A stretch of 50,399 nt of DNA. Origin: an uncultured Coriobacteriaceae bacterium. Lineage in GTDB: Bacteria > Actinomycetota > Coriobacteriia > Coriobacteriales > Eggerthellaceae. The stretch is from contig CACWWI010000003.1 in NCBI GenBank assembly GCA_902764575.1, positions 1 to 50,399 of the forward strand, in the 5' to 3' direction. Under the pieces are notes generated by a model. It saw nothing but the letters and a program-made list of their open reading frames with translations. It was not told the DNA's origin and made no database searches. The translations under genes and the position numbers were made by a program. Numbering within the stretch: the first letter of the stretch is position 1; each line of letters begins with the position of its first letter. Of this stretch, positions 15,268 to 25,044 are shown in pieces.

Positions 15268-17615
15268 GCGAGGCAGGGCGCGATTGGCGCTTCGATGCGC
15301 GCAGGCCCTCGCTTCCGCTCCCGTTCGTTTGCGGCATGGCGCTCTGGGCTGGTTGCGCGGCCTCGTTCACGTGGGCGCGGGGCCTCGATGCGCAACGGTG
15401 CCTTGTTGCCGCGCTCGCGTGCGCAGTGGGTTCGCTTGCCGCGGGGTTTCTTGCAGCCGTCCTCCGTAGAACGCTCGGGCGCTGGGGCGCGGGTGCTATA
15501 CCGATATGCATACTGTTGCTTGGAAGCTGTTTGGGCTTGGCCCAAGGCGGTGCGCTTCATGCGGATGCGCAACGGTGGGATGGTTGGGCGTCCGCCTGTG
15601 AGATGACCATGCTCGAGGACTCGAGCGAGGGCGCCTATGGGGAACGGTGCCTCGTTGCAGCGAAGCTCGAGGGCGGCGAGGTGGTTCGGGCCATCGCGCG
15701 GCTCCCCGACGGGTGCGAGCTCCGGTATGGGGAGCGCATCCGCGCATTCGGCACGTTCGGCAAGGCTGACTTCGTAAGGGGCGATTACGAATGGGGCCGG
15801 GGATGCCCGCTCACCGTGCGGGTGTCAGCCGTCGAAAGAGAGGACTCTCTTCCACCTCAGAGCTGGCTCATCGCCTTGCGCGCGAAGGCCATCGAAGCGC
15901 TGGGGGATGGGTCGGGGGCAGGCTCCCTCCTCCAAGCGCTCGTATGCGGATACCGCCGCGATGTCCGCGGTTCGCAGCTCTACGCAACCTTCCAGACCTG
16001 CGGGCTTGCGCATCTCATCGCCGTGTCGGGCGCGCATCTCGTCATCGTGACGGGGCTGTTCGCGAGCGTTCTCAAGGTGCTTCGCGCGCCGCGGAAGGCG
16101 AGCGTGGGCGTGCTCGTCGCTGTCATGGCGTCGTATCTCGTGTTCTCCGGCGCCCCCGTGTCCGCAATCCGCGCGACGATCATGTCGAGCGTGGGCATCA
16201 TGGCGCTCTTCGCGCGCAGGAGGCCTTCGGCCCTCGGGGCGCTCGGCGTATGCCTCGTGGTCGTGGTATGCGCCTCGCCCAGCGCCGCCGTCTCGCCCTC
16301 CCTGGCCCTGTCAGCGCTCTCCACGACGGGCATCGTGGTGTTCTCGCCCCTCGTCGAGGGGTGGATCGGCGCAACGCCGCTCGGCAAGGTGCCGGCCGTG
16401 GCCGAGCCGCTCGCGCTCACGGTTGCAGCTTCGGTGCTCTCGCTTCCCTTGGCCTGCGCGTTGTTCGGCAAACTGCCCCTCGTATCGCCAATCGCCAACA
16501 TCGCATGTGCGCCGCTCTTTCCGCTCTGCTGCGCGTTCGGGCTGGTTGCTGCTTTGGTTGCCGCGCTCTTGCCGCCCCTTTCAACAGCGCTCCACACCGT
16601 TGCGGCAATGGGCGCCAACATGCTAAGCGCGATTGCCGGCGCGCTCTCGGCGCTCCCGTACGCCTCCGTTCCCATAAGTGCGTCACCTTTGGAGGGGATC
16701 GCCTGCTCATGCGCGTTGGCAGCGGTGCTATGGGCCGCCTGGTCGCAGCTCAGGCCGCGTCACGTCATAGCGGCGGCCGGCGCGGGCTGCCTGTTTCTCG
16801 CATTGGCGTCCGTCTCCCTGATGGGCGACCGCATCGTCATGCTCGACGTGGGGCAGGGAGACGCGTTCCTCCTGCAAAGTAGGGGAAGGTCGCTGCTCAT
16901 CGACACGGGTAATCAGGACACGGCACTGCTCAAGGGGCTGGGGGCCAACGGTGCCGCGCACATCGACAGCGTGCTTGTCACCCACGCCGACGATGACCAC
17001 TGCGGGTCGCTTGACGCCCTGGCGAGCGCCGTCGACGTCGACCGCGTGCTCGTCGCCAACGGCGTGCTCGCCGATGGCGACGAGGCGTGTGTTGCCCTGG
17101 TGGGCAATGCGCGGGAAGCTGCGCGCGACGTGGTGGAGCTCAGCTACGGGGATCGGTTCGAAGTAGGGGCTTTCTCACTTACCGTGCTGTGGCCCCGCAC
17201 GCTCGCCGACCATGCGGGAAACGCGGATAGCGTCTGCGTCCTCGTGGAATACGACGGCGACTCCGACGGCTCCGCGGACGTTACCGCGCTATTCACCGGG
17301 GATGCCGAATACGAGCAAGTCGCGCAGATCCTTCAGGAAACGGGGCTGCACGGCGTCGACATCCTGAAGGTGGGGCATCACGGCTCGCGCAATGCGATGA
17401 CCGAAGAACAGGCTAGGGCTCTGAGCCCACGCATCGCGCTCATCGGTGTTGGAGCGCACAACCGCTACGGCCACCCGACCCAGGAGGCCCTCGCAGCGCT
17501 CGATGCGGCGGGAAGCGCAGTCTACCGCACCGACGAGGACGGCGAGGTGCGCTGTGTGCTTTCTCCCCAGAGCATGCGCATTTCATGCGAGAGAGCGGAT
17601 GCATTCGAAGGCTAG
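15264..17615 (+). CDS. comEC: ComEC/Rec2 DNA internalization channel with a C-terminal metallo-beta-lactamase domain
   Basis: Polytopic membrane core; MBL motifs VGQGDAFLL and THADDDHCG; ATGA overlap with comEA. Confidence 0.9.
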   Translation: MSEAGRDWRFDARRPSLPLPFVCGMALWAGCAASFTWARGLDAQRCLVAALACAVGSLAAGFLAAVLRRTLGRWGAGAIPICILLLGSCLGLAQGGALHADAQRWDGWASACEMTMLEDSSEGAYGERCLVAAKLEGGEVVRAIARLPDGCELRYGERIRAFGTFGKADFVRGDYEWGRGCPLTVRVSAVEREDSLPPQSWLIALRAKAIEALGDGSGAGSLLQALVCGYRRDVRGSQLYATFQTCGLAHLIAVSGAHLVIVTGLFASVLKVLRAPRKASVGVLVAVMASYLVFSGAPVSAIRATIMSSVGIMALFARRRPSALGALGVCLVVVVCASPSAAVSPSLALSALSTTGIVVFSPLVEGWIGATPLGKVPAVAEPLALTVAASVLSLPLACALFGKLPLVSPIANIACAPLFPLCCAFGLVAALVAALLPPLSTALHTVAAMGANMLSAIAGALSALPYASVPISASPLEGIACSCALAAVLWAAWSQLRPRHVIAAAGAGCLFLALASVSLMGDRIVMLDVGQGDAFLLQSRGRSLLIDTGNQDTALLKGLGANGAAHIDSVLVTHADDDHCGSLDALASAVDVDRVLVANGVLADGDEACVALVGNAREAARDVVELSYGDRFEVGAFSLTVLWPRTLADHAGNADSVCVLVEYDGDSDGSADVTALFTGDAEYEQVAQILQETGLHGVDILKVGHHGSRNAMTEEQARALSPRIALIGVGAHNRYGHPTQEALAALDAAGSAVYRTDEDGEVRCVLSPQSMRISCERADAFEG

Positions 17616-17632
17616 TCGATTACAATGGAGGT

Positions 17633-18601
17633 ATGGCAAGCAACGAACAACAGAAACTCCTGCCCGCCTACCTGGTAGTGGGGGAGGACGCGCTCAAGCG
17701 CAGGACAGTGCTCAGCCGTCTGCGCAAGCGCGTCGCCGCGCTCGGTGACCTCGACTTCAACCACGAGGAGTTCGACGGCGCCACGGCAGACGGGGGCGAT
17801 ATCGCCATATCGTGCAACACGCTCCCGTTCGCGAGCGACATCCGCCTCGTGGAGGTGCGCAACGCCGAGAAGCTGCGCAAGCAGGATGCGGAAGTCCTCG
17901 TGGCGTACCTCGCTTCTCCCAACATCACGACCGTCCTCGCACTGTCCGCCGAGAAGCTGGCCAAGAACACGCGGCTCTACAAGGCCGTCGCCGCGCTCGG
18001 CAAGAACGCAGTCATCGACTGCGCCCCCATGAAGCGCTACGAGCTCGCGCGCGCGTTGCGCGAGATGGCGGTGGGGCACGGGTTCACCATGACGGGCGGA
18101 GCCGCCGACAAGCTCCTCGCCCTCGTGGGCGAAGACACCGTCCGGCTCGACTCGGAGCTCAGGAAGCTTGCGCTCGCCCACAAGGGGTCGGGCCCGGTTA
18201 CCGAGCAGGAAGTCGAGATGCTCGTGGCACGCACCTCCGAGGCGAAGCCGTGGGAGTTCACCGATGCCTTCTCAGCGCGCGATGCCAAGCGCTGCCTCAG
18301 CGTGAAGGCGCGCCTCGACTCCGCATCGCCCTATGCGCTCATCGCCATGTGCACGAACCGCCTGCGCGAACTGTGCTGCGCGAAGTCGCTCGCCCAGCGG
18401 GGGGAGGGCGCACGTCTCGCCGAGGTGCTCAAGGTGCCCGCCTGGCGCGTGAAGAACCACGATGCCTGGGCCCGCGGCTTCTCCGACGAGGAGCTGCGCG
18501 CCGCGTTCTCGAGCGCGCGCGATTGCGAGCGCGCCATGAAGTCCGGCGCCGATCCCGAGCGCGCCTTCGAGGAGTGGTACCTGGGCGTCATCGGCCGCTA
18601 A
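17633..18601 (+). CDS. holA: DNA polymerase III delta subunit
   Basis: MASNEQQKLLPAYLVVGEDALKR...; about 320 aa; conserved comEC-holA order. ATG 17633 is chosen inside ORF 17585-18601. Confidence 0.85.
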   Translation: MASNEQQKLLPAYLVVGEDALKRRTVLSRLRKRVAALGDLDFNHEEFDGATADGGDIAISCNTLPFASDIRLVEVRNAEKLRKQDAEVLVAYLASPNITTVLALSAEKLAKNTRLYKAVAALGKNAVIDCAPMKRYELARALREMAVGHGFTMTGGAADKLLALVGEDTVRLDSELRKLALAHKGSGPVTEQEVEMLVARTSEAKPWEFTDAFSARDAKRCLSVKARLDSASPYALIAMCTNRLRELCCAKSLAQRGEGARLAEVLKVPAWRVKNHDAWARGFSDEELRAAFSSARDCERAMKSGADPERAFEEWYLGVIGR

Positions 18602-18661
18602 GCCGTTCCGCGGGGGAGCGGCACGACCCACGTTCCGGCACGTTCGTTTATCATTACACGC

Positions 18662-19642
18662 ATGCAAGGCCTCTTCGGTACATACCGCGTGCTCCTCGCG
18701 CCCATGGCGGGCGTGAGCGACATCGCCCTGCGCACGCTCTGCCGCGAGCAGGGCGCCGACATGACGTACACCGAGATGGTGTCGGCCAAGGGGCTCTCGT
18801 ATGCCAACGAGAAGACGCGCCATCTCCTGGACCTCGCGCCCGGCGAGGACAAGGTGGCCGTGCAGCTCTTCGGGCATGAGCCGCAGACGATGGCATCGCA
18901 AGCGGTGTGGATCGAAGATACCCTGGGCGATGCGCTCGCGTACCTCGACGTGAACATGGGTTGTCCCGTGCGAAAGATCGCTGGGAAGGGCGACGGATGC
19001 GCGCTCATGCGCGACCCCGCCCTGGCCGCGGACATCCTGGGCTCCATCGTGAAGGCGGTGAGCCACCCGGTGACGTGCAAGTTCCGCAGGGGCTGGGCCT
19101 TGGGCGAGGAGACGGCCCCCGAGTTCGCGCGCCGCATGGAACAGTCGGGTGCCGCCGCGGTGGTCGTGCACGGGCGTTTCGGCGAGCAGATGTACCGGGG
19201 CCAAGCCGATTGGGGCGCGATACGGCGCGTGAAGGACGCCGTGTCGATTCCCGTCGTGGGAAACGGCGACGTAAAGTCGGGCAGCGACGTCGTGGCGATG
19301 GCGGGTGAAACCGGCTGCGACGCCGTCATGATCGCGCGCGCGGCCCAGGGAAACCCCTGGGTGTTCGCCGAGGCGAAGGCCGCGCTCGAAGGGCTTCCTT
19401 ACCATGGGCCCGATGTGGGGGAGCGAATCGCCATGGCGCGCCGCCACGCCGAGCTGCTCACGCAACGCGAAGGCCGCAACATCGTGCGCATGCGCAAGCA
19501 CGCCGCGTGGTATGTCACGGGCCTTCCCGGCGCGGCGAAGGCGCGCAGCATGTTCAACGAATGCACGAGCCTGGAAGATTTCAACCATGTCTTCGACCTG
19601 CTCGAGGAGAGGGGGCAAACCCATGCCGCACCATCCTTATAA
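18662..19642 (+). CDS. dus: tRNA-dihydrouridine synthase
   Basis: LAPMAGVSD, DVNMGCPVRKI and PVVGNGDV form the Dus family TIM-barrel signature. Confidence 0.85.
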   Translation: MQGLFGTYRVLLAPMAGVSDIALRTLCREQGADMTYTEMVSAKGLSYANEKTRHLLDLAPGEDKVAVQLFGHEPQTMASQAVWIEDTLGDALAYLDVNMGCPVRKIAGKGDGCALMRDPALAADILGSIVKAVSHPVTCKFRRGWALGEETAPEFARRMEQSGAAAVVVHGRFGEQMYRGQADWGAIRRVKDAVSIPVVGNGDVKSGSDVVAMAGETGCDAVMIARAAQGNPWVFAEAKAALEGLPYHGPDVGERIAMARRHAELLTQREGRNIVRMRKHAAWYVTGLPGAAKARSMFNECTSLEDFNHVFDLLEERGQTHAAPSL

Positions 19643-20738
19643 AGCGCTCTACATCCACGTTCCCTTCTGCGTGAAGCGGTGCGGGTACTGCGATTTCGCA
19701 ACGCGCGCCATCGACCGCGACGACCCGCGCATCGATGCGTACGTCGAGCAGCTCGTGGCAGATGTGAGACGCTATTCCAAGCAAGGCGAGCTCGTCGACA
19801 TCGAAAGCGTCTACATCGGCGGTGGCACGCCATCGCACATCGGGCTGTCGCGGCTCTCGAGCCTGCTCTATGCGCTGTCGGTGTCGATGGACCTCACGCG
19901 CGAGGGCCTCGAGTTCACCATGGAGGCCAACCCGGAGAGCCTGAACGACCGCATGGTGCACGACATCTGGGCGCTTGGAGTGAACAGGCTCTCGCTCGGC
20001 GTGCAGAGCTTCGACGACGGGGTGCTTGCGATCCTCGGACGCGCGCATGACGCCCAGCGCGCCCGCGATGCGGTGCGGGAGGCGCAGGATCGTTTCGAGA
20101 ACGTGAGCATCGACCTCATGTGCGGCATACCCGGGCAGACGCTGGAATCGCTCGAGGCCTCCGTACGCGAGGCCGTGCAGCTCGGCGTGAAGCACGTGAG
20201 CATGTACCCGCTCACGATCGAGCCGCACACCGCCTTCGACAAGGCCGTCCTGCGCGGCGAGATGCCCGAGCCCGACGACGACGTGGAGGCGGAGCACATG
20301 GAAGCCGCCGAGCGCATCCTGAACGACGCGGGCTTCAAGCGCTACGAGGTTGCGAGCTACGCGCTCCCCGGCTTCGAGTCGAAGCACAACACGTCGTACT
20401 GGACCGGCGTGCCCTACATCGGGATAGGCGAGAGCGCCACGACCATGACCCAGAACGACGAGCGCCGGATGCGCGTGACGAACAACCAGGTGGTCGACGA
20501 CCTCGACCGTCGTCAGATGGAAGCCGAGGACCTCATGCTCGGCATGCGCATGGCCAGGGGCATATCCGACGACCGTCTCGCCCGAGCATGCGATTTCATC
20601 CCCGAAGCCGCCGCCACGATGCAATCCCTAGCCGAGGACGGCTACGTAGAGCATATAAACGCCGCCTGGCGCCCCACAACCCAAGGCTGGCTCTGCGGCA
20701 ACGACCTCTACAGCAGACTCCTAGACCTAGCTCCTTAA
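19623..20738 (+). CDS. hemW: Radical SAM heme chaperone HemW (HemN-like, oxygen-independent coproporphyrinogen oxidase family)
   Basis: LYIHVPFCVKRCGYCDF carries the CX3CX2C motif. ATG 19623 is chosen. The gene overlaps the dus end by 20 nt. Confidence 0.9.
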   Translation: MPHHPYKALYIHVPFCVKRCGYCDFATRAIDRDDPRIDAYVEQLVADVRRYSKQGELVDIESVYIGGGTPSHIGLSRLSSLLYALSVSMDLTREGLEFTMEANPESLNDRMVHDIWALGVNRLSLGVQSFDDGVLAILGRAHDAQRARDAVREAQDRFENVSIDLMCGIPGQTLESLEASVREAVQLGVKHVSMYPLTIEPHTAFDKAVLRGEMPEPDDDVEAEHMEAAERILNDAGFKRYEVASYALPGFESKHNTSYWTGVPYIGIGESATTMTQNDERRMRVTNNQVVDDLDRRQMEAEDLMLGMRMARGISDDRLARACDFIPEAAATMQSLAEDGYVEHINAAWRPTTQGWLCGNDLYSRLLDLAP

Positions 20739-20740
20739 CC

Positions 20741-20985
20741 GAAAATCGCACTAACCCGCACATCTGATACATTTCACCCCACCGCCATGCACCAGATCGC
20801 CGGTTAAGTGCGATTTTCCCCAAGGCGAAAATCCGCGACCAGGCCTTTTGCAAAGCGGAACCGGGAAAGAGGGCCGAAAAATCGCACTAGATCGAACATC
20901 CCGTGCACTGACCGACCCCCGAATGCACCAGATTGACGGGTTAGTGCGATTACATGTCTGAGATTTACGGTTAAGTGCGATTCGA
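20741..20985. repeat. Two tandem ~75-bp hairpin units bounded by inverted AAATCGCACTAA / TTAGTGCGATTT termini, plus a third solo terminus
   Basis: The aatcgcacta(a/g) motif is at 20744 and 20880. Its reverse complement tta(a)gtgcgatt is at 20804, 20941 and 20971. There is a shared internal block atgcaccagat. Confidence 0.7.
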
Positions 20986-21019
20986 AAAAGTAATAAGCAT
21001 CAAGAACGAACAACCAACC

Positions 21020-21445
21020 ATCCCCTTTCCTTCCAGCGGAAGAGCATAGCCCTTGCCGGCGGTGGGGGATGTTCGCCGCTTTCGCAGTCACCAAACCTTG
21101 CTAGAAGCAGCGGATAGCCTGCGGGACCGCGGGGACGGGCGTCAGCCGCCTCCGCGCTCGATATTCCTCCAACCGGCAAAGAGCAGCCCTCGGCGGCGGC
21201 GGGAGGGGGCGTAGCCGCTTCCGCAGGCGCAAAATTAAATTACAAAATCGAACCGAGGACGCCGTAGGCCTAGCCCCCTCCCGCCGCCGCCGAGGGCGGA
21301 CGTGAGGTTAACCGCACCAACCGAGGACGCCGTAGGCGGACGCCCGTCCCCGCGGTCCCGCAGGCGGGCGGGTGGAACGGGGGCAATTAAGCCGTAGGCG
21401 AACGCCTTTCCCACCGCCGGCGAGGGTGGACAGGGGGACAGACGC
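21020..21445. repeat. Three concentric palindromic modules (nested inverted repeats) filling the hemW/lepA convergent gap
   Basis: Perfect inverted repeats: 21187-21210 / 21273-21296 (24 bp) and 21118-21143 / 21339-21364 (26 bp). A near-perfect pair lies at 21050-21066 / 21410-21426 (17 bp, one G-T). Each is flanked by the same linker motifs. Confidence 0.85.
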
Positions 21446-21447
21446 GC

Positions 21448-23277
<1,830 letters not shown>

Positions 23278-23378
23278 TGCCCATCTTTCTCAATACTTTT
23301 TGGTGCGTCGGAACATTTTATGATACCCTTTACGAGTTTTCGTCTGGAAACAAGACATTACATACGGAGGAATAAAGA

Positions 23379-23933
23379 GTGGCAAACATCAAGAGTCAGA
23401 AGAAGCGTAACATCACCAACGAGAAAGCGCGTATGCGTAACCGCGCTGTGAAATCCGAGCTTAAGACCGCGACCCGCCGCGTGAAGGATGCCGTGGCTGC
23501 CGAGAACGGCGCCGAGGCCTTCGCCGCCGCCATGGCCGCGTGCCGCCTGATGGACAAGGCCGTCTCGAAGGGCGTCATCCACAAGAACCAGGCCGCCAAC
23601 CGCAAGAGCGGCATCATGGCCCTCGTGAACCCGATCGTCACCGACGAGGATCGCGCCGCCTACGAGAAGCCCGCTCCCAAGAAGGCCAACACCGGCTCCA
23701 AGAAGGCTGCCCGCAAGGCCGAGCGCGAGGCCGAGATGGCCAAGGCCAGCGAGGAGAAGGCGAAGCGCCGCGAGAAGCAGCTGAAGGAAGAGAAGAAGGC
23801 TGCCGAGCGCAAGGCCAAGGAAGCCGAAGAGGCCGCGAAGGCCGAGGCAGAAGCCGCAGCAGCAGAAGCCGCCGAGGCAGAGGCCGAGGGCGAAGAGGCC
23901 GCCGAAGAAGCAGCCGAGGAGGCCGCCGAATAG
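23379..23933 (+). CDS. rpsT: 30S ribosomal protein S20 with a ~100-aa Lys/Glu/Ala-rich C-terminal extension
   Basis: [30 protein letters not shown]... is the S20 core (about 85 aa). It is followed by [75 protein letters not shown]. Confidence 0.9.
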   Translation: MANIKSQKKRNITNEKARMRNRAVKSELKTATRRVKDAVAAENGAEAFAAAMAACRLMDKAVSKGVIHKNQAANRKSGIMALVNPIVTDEDRAAYEKPAPKKANTGSKKAARKAEREAEMAKASEEKAKRREKQLKEEKKAAERKAKEAEEAAKAEAEAAAAEAAEAEAEGEEAAEEAAEEAAE

Positions 23934-23970
23934 CAAAATGCATGGACCAAGGTCCATCCGCATATCAAGG

Positions 23971-24006
23971 CAACCTGGCTCCCACAACGGGAGCCAGGTT
24001 GTTTTT
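23971..24006 (+). terminator. Rho-independent terminator of rpsT
   Basis: caacctggctccc-acaac-gggagccaggttg forms a 13-bp stem followed by TTTTT. Confidence 0.9.
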
Positions 24007-24009
24007 GCC

Positions 24010-24190
24010 CCACCCACCCCTTCCTTCCAGCGGGAAAGCGTAGCCTACATCTGTGGAGGTCGGCCGATGGCCCGGGGAGGAGCGTAGCCGCTTCCGCAGG
24101 TACCAAATTAAATATATTTAAGCGAACCGAGGACGCTGTAGGCCTAGCTCCTCCCCGGGCCATCGATGTAGGCGGACATGAGGTTAAACG
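24010..24190. repeat. Single-module copy of the palindromic element family seen at 21020-21445
   Basis: The copy has the same constant blocks (ccttccttccagcgg, cgtagccgcttccgcagg, cgaaccgaggacgcYgtaggcctagc, ggcggacRtgaggttaa). Its 19-bp perfect stem is different: 24065-24083 / 24147-24165. Confidence 0.85.
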
Positions 24191-24216
24191 TATTTTTCAC
24201 GAGTGAGTAACGCTGT

Positions 24217-24243
24217 TTATCACTCTCGCGCGGAGACTGCTAA
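24217..24243 (+). promoter_or_regulatory. CIRCE operator (HrcA binding site)
   Basis: TTATCACTC-N9-GACTGCTAA has one mismatch per half-site against consensus TTAGCACTC-N9-GAGTGCTAA. It lies 52 nt upstream of hrcA. Confidence 0.75.
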
Positions 24244-24294
24244 AATCGGAGAACTGAGCACAGTTGGATTCGTCGAGCGAAAGGAGGACGCGAA

Positions 24295-25014
24295 GTGCTA
24301 TCGGATAGGCGGCAACGCGTATTGGCGGCGCTCATCGAGGAATACGTAGCACGCGCGCTTCCCGTTGGCTCACGAACGCTCACCGAGAACTACGGGCTCG
24401 GCGTGAGCCCGGCGACGATCCGCAACGAGCTCTCGGCGCTCGAGGACGAGGGGTACATTTCGCAGCCCCACACCTCCGCAGGGCGCGTTCCGACCGATTT
24501 CGGCTACCGCACGTTCGTCGACGACCTCGTGGAATCGGGCGCGATAGCCGATACCCCCGAGGCCGAGGAGACGGTGAGGAAGCTGCGCGAGCAGGCAAGC
24601 GAGCTCGACGAGCTCATCGAGCGCACGTCGAGGGCGATTTCGCAGTTCACCGACTGCCTGTCGGTGGTCACGCCGCCCAACTTGTCGCACCCGCGCAAGC
24701 TCGGCATCATGTCGCTCATGAGGCAGCCCGAGTTCGCCTACACCGAGGCCCTGCTTCCCATCATGCAGGTGCTCGAGGACGACACCGTGCTCCTCCACGT
24801 GCTGGATGCCACCGCGCCCGAAGGCGAGGGCGCGCAGGTGCGCATAGGAAGCGAGAACGAGGCCGAGCAGCTCTCGGGCGTCTCGGTCGTGGCGTGCCGG
24901 TACGGCGTGGGGCCGGATGGGGGCATCGTTGCCGTCATAGGCCCGACGCGCATGGATTACACGAAGGCGATCAGCGCCGTGAGAATAGCAAGTAGGACGC
25001 TCGGCGGCGAGTAG
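24295..25014 (+). CDS. hrcA: Heat-inducible transcription repressor HrcA (short form, 239 aa)
   Basis: N-terminal wHTH LSDRRQRVLAALIEEYVARALPVGSRTL...ATIRNELSALEDEGYISQPHTSAGRVPT; C-terminus IGPTRMDYTKAI; GTG start. Confidence 0.9.
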   Translation: MLSDRRQRVLAALIEEYVARALPVGSRTLTENYGLGVSPATIRNELSALEDEGYISQPHTSAGRVPTDFGYRTFVDDLVESGAIADTPEAEETVRKLREQASELDELIERTSRAISQFTDCLSVVTPPNLSHPRKLGIMSLMRQPEFAYTEALLPIMQVLEDDTVLLHVLDATAPEGEGAQVRIGSENEAEQLSGVSVVACRYGVGPDGGIVAVIGPTRMDYTKAISAVRIASRTLGGE

Positions 25015-25044
25015 CCGGGCGTGATGGAAAGGATGCATTAGGTT

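Noticed and set aside
20741-21445. Possible CRISPR array, because of dense short repeats in a 700-bp gap
   Set aside because: The repeats occur in both orientations, and the spacing is irregular (58-78 bp, then nested palindromes). The sequences between them are themselves repeated. No cas genes or leader are present. The pattern fits MITE/REP-like elements instead.
23358-24163. Several overlapping ORFs on both strands across the rpsT tail (219, 167, 167 and 101 aa)
   Set aside because: They are low-complexity translations of the GAA/GCC/AAG-rich repeat region that encodes the S20 tail. They have no start context and no motifs.
24201-24225. Second, inside-out CIRCE-like palindrome GAGTGAGTAA-N6-TTATCACTC
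   Set aside because: The half-sites are in inverted order relative to CIRCE. The right half is simply shared with the canonical site at 24217-24243. No matching left half-site lies 9 nt upstream of GAGTGAGTAA.
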